DNA of 64,000 nucleotides from Escherichia coli (GTDB lineage Bacteria; Pseudomonadota; Gammaproteobacteria; Enterobacterales; Enterobacteriaceae): NCBI RefSeq assembly GCF_030013205.1, contig NZ_CP122648.1; one strand, 5' to 3'. Shown piece by piece: positions 57,404 to 64,000 of this stretch (position 1 is its first letter; each line of letters starts with the position of its first letter). The notes under the pieces were generated by a model. It saw only the letters and a program-made list of their open reading frames with translations, ran no database searches and was not told where the DNA came from. The position numbers and the translations under genes were made by a program.

Positions 57404-57727
57404 ATGTCCCATCAGAAAATTATTCAGGATCTTATCGCATGGATTGACGAGCATATTGACCAGCCGCTTAACATTGATGTCGTCGCAAAAAAATCAGGCT
57501 ATTCAAAGTGGTACTTACAGCGGATGTTCCGCACCGTGACGCATCAGACACTTGGTGATTACATTCGCCAACGCCGCCTGTTACTGGCCGCCGTTGAGTT
57601 GCGCACCACCGAGCGTCCGATTTTTGATATCGCAATGGACCTGGGTTATGTCTCTCAGCAGACCTTCTCCCGCGTTTTCCGTCGGCAGTTTGATCGCACT
57701 CCCAGCGATTATCGCCACCGCCTGTAG
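57404..57727 (+). CDS. soxS: AraC/XylS-family superoxide-response activator SoxS
   Basis: 107 aa MSHQKIIQDLIAWIDEHIDQPLNIDVVAKKSGYSKWYLQRMFR... Confidence 0.95.
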   Translation: MSHQKIIQDLIAWIDEHIDQPLNIDVVAKKSGYSKWYLQRMFRTVTHQTLGDYIRQRRLLLAAVELRTTERPIFDIAMDLGYVSQQTFSRVFRRQFDRTPSDYRHRL

Positions 57728-57729
57728 TT

Positions 57730-59316
57730 TTATTGCCCGCGCGTTAACTCCCGCGCGGGTAATTGCTCCATCCATTGCATAAACACCTGCGGCGGCATCG
57801 CCTTCGCAAAGAACCATCCCTGGCAATAGCGCACGCCGCGTTTGCGCAGCCAGTTAACCTGTTCCTCAGTTTCGACGCCTTCAGCGATCGTTTTTAACCC
57901 CAGACTGTGCGCCAGCTCGATGATGTGTTCCGCAATCAAATGACTGGTTTTATGGGTGGTCAGCGTCTCAACAAACGATTTATCGATTTTCAAAATATCG
58001 ACATTCAATGATTTAAGGTTATGCAAGTTAGAGTAGCCAATACCAAAATCATCAATTGCCACTTCGTAACCAGCCTGGCGGAACGCCAGAATAATTGGTG
58101 TCATTTTGTCGACATCAAGAAATGCATGTTCAGTCACTTCAAATTTAATTTGCTGTGGACGCACCGCGTATTGCTCTGTTTTCTGATTGGTTCGCGCTAT
58201 CAACCGTGACGTATGAAAATCGGAGGCCGACAGGTTAATAGAAACATAGCGATCGGCATGTGTTGCCAGGTACGCGCCCAGATCGCGGAAGACATTATCA
58301 ATAACATAATCAGTTACCTGTCCGATCATCCCCTCCTTTTCTGCCAGCGGAATAAACTCTGCCGGATTCATTACTTGCCCCTGCTCACCAGGCCAACGTA
58401 ACAATGCTTCAGCTCCGATACATTTTTCTGTTTTGATATCGATTATTGGCTGGTAATAAAGGCAAAGTTGATGTTTTTCGAGGGCGCGTTGCAATTTGCG
58501 TTTGGGAGACAAATAGTTTTGTCGAATACGTAGCCAGAGTAATAACAGAACAAGACTCCCCAAAATACCGGCGGGTAACGCAAAAATAAGATGATTATAA
58601 AAATGCGCTATAAGACGTTGATATGAAGTCGCAACAATGGCTGCAATTGGGCGTTTTGTCGAATAAACTGTCGCATATAAATAGCCATTTCTTTGTACGG
58701 TTAAATCATTCAAATGAATCAGTGGAGAAAACGTTGCTGCCGAGGCCTCGTTGCTTAACGAGAAAAAGGTTTTCGTTACCGTATCATACACACCCCATTG
58801 CAATGTCGGATCATCAGACATCACTTCACTCCAGAAGAGAGGGTTGATGACCACCACATAATTTCCCCGCTGCATATAGGTCATTTTATAGCCAGAGAAA
58901 AAAGGCGTATCGCGGTAATAATAGATAGAAACGTTAGGTTCACGCTTATAATCGGCCGGTGCAATCGTATAGCCGTTTACAGGCGCTATCAGCGATGAGC
59001 ATAAAAAATGGTTATCACGGGCATAGATCAATTCATTAATATAAAGATAGCCACGAATAATATTCAACATTCGCTTTTGATGGGCTGGAGTGCAAACTTG
59101 CCCCTGATAGCGTTCTGCTGCATCGCTCACTAAATCTGCCTGGCGAATGACCAGCTCGGATTTATCCAGCGCCAGCTGAGCAAAAGTTTGGAGCTGACTA
59201 TTCACTTCTGATTTTGCCCAAAGGAAGGCAATCCATAGCGACAGTATGATGGGAAAGAGAACTAAAAAGATAATGCCCGGCAACGCCAGTAATTGGTGTC
59301 GTGCACGATGACTCAT
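57730..59316 (-). CDS. pdeC: c-di-GMP phosphodiesterase PdeC (YjcC), CSS-motif sensor + EAL domain
   Basis: 528 aa from ATG 59316 ([19 protein letters not shown]...); EAL-domain motifs near C-terminus. Confidence 0.88.
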
Positions 59317-59744
59317 TGCTATCAATTTCCTGCCTGTTTATACCCGGTCATTGCAAGGTGAAAACCCTGGTTACCGACGTCTTTAGATAAATCTTACGGT
59401 ATAAATAGCACTTTTGCCTGATTTGAAATTGATACCTTTTTAATGGTCACCTGAATAAAAATAATTCATTGATATTCAAATTAATTTTCTACAGGAATGC
59501 AGAGGCGGCGGGAAGATATGCCCTTAATGCCACTGAAAAACCACATAATCTGTACGGCAATAAAAGTCACGGCCTAATCTGGCTAACAAACAATCAATTG
59601 TGATATAGTTCACAAAATTAATGAAACAAACAGAGTGTTTCATTTTTGTGTCCTGCAAGCCCCGCGATAGCCAGATTGTATCACGCCTCCCGTGAACAAC
59701 GCCGCGCTGTCCGAGGCATCGGCTCTTTTCAGAGGAATTGTTTG

Positions 59745-60026
59745 ATGGCTACCCTCACCACTGGCGTGGTTCTTCTTCGCTGGCAACTTCTTAGTGCCGT
59801 AATGATGTTTCTGGCCAGCACACTCAACATCCGTTTTCGTCGGTCTGATTATGTCGGGCTTGCAGTGATCAGCAGCGGTCTGGGCGTGGTTTCTGCCTGC
59901 TGGTTCGCAATGGGGTTGCTTGGTATCACAATGGCGGATATCACCGCCATCTGGCACAACATCGAGTCGGTGATGATAGAAGAGATGAATCAGACACCGC
60001 CACAATGGCCAATGATTTTGACTTGA
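59745..60026 (+). CDS. yjcB: Small inner-membrane protein YjcB
   Basis: 93 aa from ATG 59745 (MATLTTGVVLLRWQLLSAVMMFLASTLNIRF...), two hydrophobic segments; track ORF 59646 is a 5' extension. Confidence 0.75.
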   Translation: MATLTTGVVLLRWQLLSAVMMFLASTLNIRFRRSDYVGLAVISSGLGVVSACWFAMGLLGITMADITAIWHNIESVMIEEMNQTPPQWPMILT

Positions 60027-60031
60027 TATAT

Positions 60032-60062
60032 AGAAGCCTCCAAAACGGAGGCTTCTTTTTTA
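60032..60062. terminator. Bidirectional terminator between convergent yjcB and ssb
   Basis: agaagcctcc-aaaac-ggaggcttct followed by ttttt on plus strand. Confidence 0.75.
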
Positions 60063-60124
60063 CGGCTGGCAGATGCTTTAATCATCCACCTTAAAACAAT
60101 ATAACCTATTGTTTTAATGACAAA

Positions 60125-60631
60125 TCAGAACGGAATATCGTCATCAAAGTCCATCGGCGGCTCGTTAGACGGTGCTGCCGGAGCAGACTGCTGCGGGCGA
60201 GACTGCGCGCCGCCGCTGAACTGATTGCCGCCCTGCGGCTGACCACCACCGATATTGCCACCTGCAGGAGCGCCACCACCCTGACGACCACCCAACATCT
60301 GCATGGTGCCACCAACGTTCACCACGACTTCTGTGGTGTAGCGATCCTGACCGGATTGATCGGTCCATTTGCGGGTACGCAGCTGACCTTCGATATAAAC
60401 CTGAGAACCTTTACGCAGATATTCGCTGGCTACTTCTGCCAGTTTGCCGAACAGCACAACGCGGTGCCATTCAGTCTGCTCTTTCATCTCGCCGGTCGCT
60501 TTGTCACGCCAGGATTCGGAAGTAGCCAGCGTAATGTTGGCAACAGCGCCACCATTTGGCATGTAGCGTACTTCCGGGTCCTGACCCAGATTACCAACGA
60601 GAATAACCTTGTTTACGCCTCTGCTGGCCAT
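60125..60631 (-). CDS. ssb: Single-stranded DNA-binding protein SSB (168-aa allele with shortened linker)
   Basis: [28 protein letters not shown]... OB-fold, Gly/Gln-rich linker, acidic tip DFDDDIPF; linker reads ...[14 protein letters not shown].... Confidence 0.93.
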   Translation of the reverse strand: MASRGVNKVILVGNLGQDPEVRYMPNGGAVANITLATSESWRDKATGEMKEQTEWHRVVLFGKLAEVASEYLRKGSQVYIEGQLRTRKWTDQSGQDRYTTEVVVNVGGTMQMLGGRQGGGAPAGGNIGGGQPQGGNQFSGGAQSRPQQSAPAAPSNEPPMDFDDDIPF

Positions 60632-60782
60632 GTTCGTGTCTCCTGAAAAAAAATCGTTCTGAATAAGTGTAAACGCGCGATTGTACCATTACCAATAGCG
60701 CTTTTACTATGTTGTGACCTCGGTTCCGGGAAACAAACCTGGCCAGACATTGTTACACAACACTCCGGGTATTGCATTCCAA

Positions 60783-60802
60783 TACTGTATATTCATTCAG
60801 GT
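60783..60802. promoter_or_regulatory. LexA box shared by divergent ssb and uvrA promoters
   Basis: TACTGTATATTCATTCAGGT (CTGT-N8-CAG SOS box) ~85 bp upstream of uvrA ATG. Confidence 0.85.
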
Positions 60803-60885
60803 CAATTTGTGTCATAATTAACCGTTTGTGATCGCCGGTAGCACCATGCCACCGGGCAAAAAAGCGTTTAATCCGGGAAAGGTGA

Positions 60886-63708
60886 ATGGATAAGATCGAA
60901 GTTCGGGGCGCCCGCACCCATAATCTCAAAAACATCAACCTCGTTATCCCCCGCGACAAGCTCATTGTCGTGACCGGGCTTTCGGGTTCTGGCAAATCCT
61001 CGCTCGCTTTCGACACCTTATATGCCGAAGGGCAGCGCCGTTACGTTGAATCCCTTTCCGCCTACGCGCGGCAGTTTCTGTCACTGATGGAAAAGCCGGA
61101 CGTCGATCATATTGAGGGGCTTTCTCCTGCCATCTCAATTGAGCAGAAATCGACGTCTCATAACCCGCGTTCTACGGTGGGGACAATCACCGAAATCCAC
61201 GACTATTTGCGTTTGTTGTTCGCCCGCGTCGGTGAGCCGCGCTGCCCGGACCACGACGTCCCGCTGGCGGCGCAAACCGTCAGTCAGATGGTGGATAACG
61301 TGTTGTCCCAGCCGGAAGGTAAACGCCTGATGCTGCTCGCGCCAATCATTAAAGAGCGCAAAGGCGAACACACCAAAACGCTGGAGAACCTGGCAAGTCA
61401 GGGTTACATCCGTGCTCGTATTGATGGCGAAGTCTGCGATCTTTCCGATCCGCCGAAACTGGAACTGCAAAAGAAACATACCATTGAAGTGGTGGTTGAT
61501 CGCTTCAAGGTGCGTGACGATCTTACCCAACGTCTTGCCGAGTCGTTTGAAACCGCGCTGGAGCTTTCCGGTGGTACCGCGGTAGTTGCGGATATGGACG
61601 ACCCGAAAGCGGAAGAGTTGCTGTTCTCCGCTAATTTCGCCTGCCCAATTTGCGGCTACAGTATGCGTGAACTGGAGCCGCGACTGTTTTCGTTTAACAA
61701 CCCGGCAGGGGCCTGCCCGACCTGTGACGGCCTTGGCGTGCAGCAATATTTCGATCCTGACCGCGTGATCCAGAATCCGGAACTGTCGCTGGCTGGCGGT
61801 GCGATCCGAGGCTGGGATCGCCGCAACTTCTATTACTTCCAGATGCTGAAATCGCTGGCAGATCACTATAAGTTCGACGTCGAAGCGCCGTGGGGCAGCC
61901 TGAGCGCGAACGTGCATAAAGTGGTGTTGTACGGTTCTGGCAAAGAAAACATTGAATTCAAATACATGAACGATCGTGGCGATACCTCCATTCGTCGTCA
62001 TCCGTTCGAAGGCGTGCTGCACAATATGGAGCGCCGTTATAAAGAGACGGAATCCAGTGCGGTACGCGAAGAATTAGCCAAGTTTATCAGCAATCGCCCG
62101 TGCGCCAGCTGCGAAGGGACGCGTCTGCGTCGAGAAGCGCGCCATGTGTATGTCGAGAATACGCCGCTGCCTGCTATCTCCGACATGAGCATCGGTCATG
62201 CGATGGAATTCTTCAACAATCTCAAACTCGCAGGTCAGCGAGCGAAGATTGCGGAAAAAATTCTTAAAGAGATTGGCGATCGCCTGAAATTCCTCGTTAA
62301 CGTAGGCCTGAATTACCTGACACTTTCCCGCTCGGCAGAGACACTTTCTGGCGGTGAAGCCCAGCGTATCCGTCTGGCGAGCCAGATTGGTGCGGGCCTG
62401 GTTGGCGTTATGTACGTGCTGGACGAGCCGTCTATCGGCCTGCACCAGCGCGATAACGAGCGCCTGTTGGGTACGCTTATCCATCTGCGCGATCTCGGTA
62501 ATACCGTGATTGTGGTGGAGCACGACGAAGACGCGATTCGCGCCGCTGACCATGTGATCGACATTGGCCCGGGCGCAGGTGTACACGGCGGTGAAGTGGT
62601 CGCAGAAGGTCCACTGGAAGCGATTATGGCAGTGCCTGAGTCGTTGACCGGGCAGTACATGAGCGGCAAACGCAAGATTGAAGTGCCGAAGAAACGCGTT
62701 CCGGCGAATCCGGAAAAAGTGCTGAAGCTGACAGGCGCACGTGGTAATAACCTGAAAGACGTGACGCTGACGCTGCCAGTCGGTCTGTTTACCTGCATCA
62801 CAGGGGTTTCAGGTTCCGGTAAATCGACGCTGATTAACGACACACTGTTCCCGATTGCCCAACGCCAGTTGAATGGTGCGACCATCGCCGAACCGGCACC
62901 GTATCGCGATATTCAGGGGCTGGAGCATTTCGATAAAGTGATCGATATCGACCAAAGCCCAATTGGTCGTACTCCGCGTTCTAACCCGGCGACCTATACC
63001 GGCGTGTTTACGCCTGTGCGCGAACTGTTTGCGGGCGTACCGGAATCCCGTGCGCGTGGTTATACGCCAGGACGTTTCAGCTTTAACGTCCGTGGCGGAC
63101 GCTGCGAAGCCTGTCAGGGCGACGGTGTGATCAAAGTGGAGATGCACTTCCTGCCGGATATCTACGTACCGTGCGACCAGTGCAAAGGCAAACGCTATAA
63201 CCGTGAAACGCTGGAGATTAAGTACAAAGGCAAAACCATCCACGAAGTGCTGGATATGACCATCGAAGAGGCGCGTGAGTTCTTTGATGCCGTACCTGCA
63301 CTGGCGCGTAAGCTGCAAACGTTGATGGACGTTGGTCTGACGTACATTCGCCTGGGGCAGTCCGCAACCACACTTTCTGGTGGTGAAGCCCAGCGCGTGA
63401 AGCTGGCGCGTGAGCTGTCAAAACGCGGCACCGGGCAGACGCTGTATATTCTTGATGAGCCGACCACCGGTCTGCACTTCGCCGATATTCAGCAACTGCT
63501 CGACGTACTGCATAAACTGCGCGATCAGGGCAACACCATTGTGGTGATTGAGCACAATCTCGACGTGATCAAAACCGCTGACTGGATTGTCGACCTGGGA
63601 CCGGAAGGCGGCAGTGGCGGCGGCGAAATCCTCGTCTCCGGTACGCCAGAAACCGTCGCGGAGTGCGAAGCTTCGCATACGGCACGCTTCCTCAAGCCGA
63701 TGCTGTAA
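60886..63708 (+). CDS. uvrA: Excinuclease ABC subunit A
   Basis: 940 aa [53 protein letters not shown]..., two ABC ATPase modules and zinc fingers. Confidence 0.97.
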   Translation: MDKIEVRGARTHNLKNINLVIPRDKLIVVTGLSGSGKSSLAFDTLYAEGQRRYVESLSAYARQFLSLMEKPDVDHIEGLSPAISIEQKSTSHNPRSTVGTITEIHDYLRLLFARVGEPRCPDHDVPLAAQTVSQMVDNVLSQPEGKRLMLLAPIIKERKGEHTKTLENLASQGYIRARIDGEVCDLSDPPKLELQKKHTIEVVVDRFKVRDDLTQRLAESFETALELSGGTAVVADMDDPKAEELLFSANFACPICGYSMRELEPRLFSFNNPAGACPTCDGLGVQQYFDPDRVIQNPELSLAGGAIRGWDRRNFYYFQMLKSLADHYKFDVEAPWGSLSANVHKVVLYGSGKENIEFKYMNDRGDTSIRRHPFEGVLHNMERRYKETESSAVREELAKFISNRPCASCEGTRLRREARHVYVENTPLPAISDMSIGHAMEFFNNLKLAGQRAKIAEKILKEIGDRLKFLVNVGLNYLTLSRSAETLSGGEAQRIRLASQIGAGLVGVMYVLDEPSIGLHQRDNERLLGTLIHLRDLGNTVIVVEHDEDAIRAADHVIDIGPGAGVHGGEVVAEGPLEAIMAVPESLTGQYMSGKRKIEVPKKRVPANPEKVLKLTGARGNNLKDVTLTLPVGLFTCITGVSGSGKSTLINDTLFPIAQRQLNGATIAEPAPYRDIQGLEHFDKVIDIDQSPIGRTPRSNPATYTGVFTPVRELFAGVPESRARGYTPGRFSFNVRGGRCEACQGDGVIKVEMHFLPDIYVPCDQCKGKRYNRETLEIKYKGKTIHEVLDMTIEEAREFFDAVPALARKLQTLMDVGLTYIRLGQSATTLSGGEAQRVKLARELSKRGTGQTLYILDEPTTGLHFADIQQLLDVLHKLRDQGNTIVVIEHNLDVIKTADWIVDLGPEGGSGGGEILVSGTPETVAECEASHTARFLKPML

Positions 63709-63713
63709 TCGTT

Positions 63714-63744
63714 AAGGCCGCTTTCTGAGCGGCCTTTTCCTTTC
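63714..63744. terminator. Terminator hairpin between convergent uvrA and yjbR
   Basis: aaggccgct-ttctg-agcggcctt followed by ttcctttc. Confidence 0.65.
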
Positions 63745-64000
63745 AGAGTTGCACCAGCAATTTACGTTTTTCTTCCGGCAGCAAATTCACCGCCTGCTGA
63801 TAAGACGCATCCACCAGATAATAGATTTGCGAATCCGGTAGCGATCCGTCGAGATACACGGTGCTCCAGTGCGCTTTATTCAGATGGCGGCTTGGACGCA
63901 CATCGCTGTGCTGCTGACGTAGCAGCTCCGCCAGCTCCGGGCTGGTTTTCAGCGAAACCGCCGGGCGATTTTCTACTTCTTTCACCATCGCAAACAGTAC
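63743..64000 (-). CDS. yjbR: YjbR (MmcQ/YjbR-family), C-terminal part; 5' end beyond window
   Basis: Minus-strand ORF ending at 63743 with translation ...SRHLNKAHWSTVYLDGSLPDSQIYYLVDASYQQAVNLLPEEKRKLLVQL; runs to window edge. Confidence 0.75.
   Translation of the reverse strand, partial: VLFAMVKEVENRPAVSLKTSPELAELLRQQHSDVRPSRHLNKAHWSTVYLDGSLPDSQIYYLVDASYQQAVNLLPEEKRKLLVQL

Noticed and set aside
61135-62022. 295-aa minus-strand ORF inside uvrA
   Set aside because: Antisense to highly conserved uvrA; shadow ORF.

Overview
This window reads as a contiguous stretch of Escherichia coli core chromosome, in the reverse orientation to the usual K-12 map, and I do not find convincing evidence of a novel multi-gene system in it. 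Gene order (window orientation): eptA (3' part)-basR-basS, pmrR, proP, yjcZ, crfC, an IS1 copy, yjdM(phnA), yjdN(phnB), the complete phnCDEFGHIJKLMNOP C-P lyase operon, yjdP, rpiB, rpiR/alsR-alsBACEK, yjcS, ytcA-mdtNOP, fdhF (with in-frame UGA selenocysteine codon), yjcO, gltP, nrfGFEDCBA, acs-yjcH-actP, yjcF, yjcE, yjcD/ghxP, soxR/soxS, yjcC/pdeC, yjcB, ssb, uvrA and the 3' end of yjbR. Gene calls rest on reading the supplied ORF translations and recognising the proteins and hallmark motifs; no database search was run, so names and exact starts are from memory and inspection. No rRNA, tRNA, CRISPR array, prophage or defence island was seen. The features most worth a second look are strain-level differences and small regulatory structures: (1) a complete 768-bp IS1 with a perfect 9-bp target duplication sitting 28 bp upstream of the crfC start codon; (2) an apparent 30-bp in-frame deletion in the glycine/glutamine-rich linker of SSB (168 aa rather than the 178 aa I recall for K-12); (3) an intact phnE where K-12 carries a frameshifted allele; (4) the fdhF UGA/SECIS recoding site; (5) pmrR overlapping the basS 3' end antisense, with a PmrA-box-like repeat and a perfect hairpin covering its ribosome-binding site; (6) a 21-bp tandem-repeat array inside yjdP; (7) the AT-rich pentapeptide-repeat gene yjcF; (8) PurR-box-like motifs upstream of ghxP. 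All differences from K-12 are stated from recollection of the reference and need alignment to confirm.
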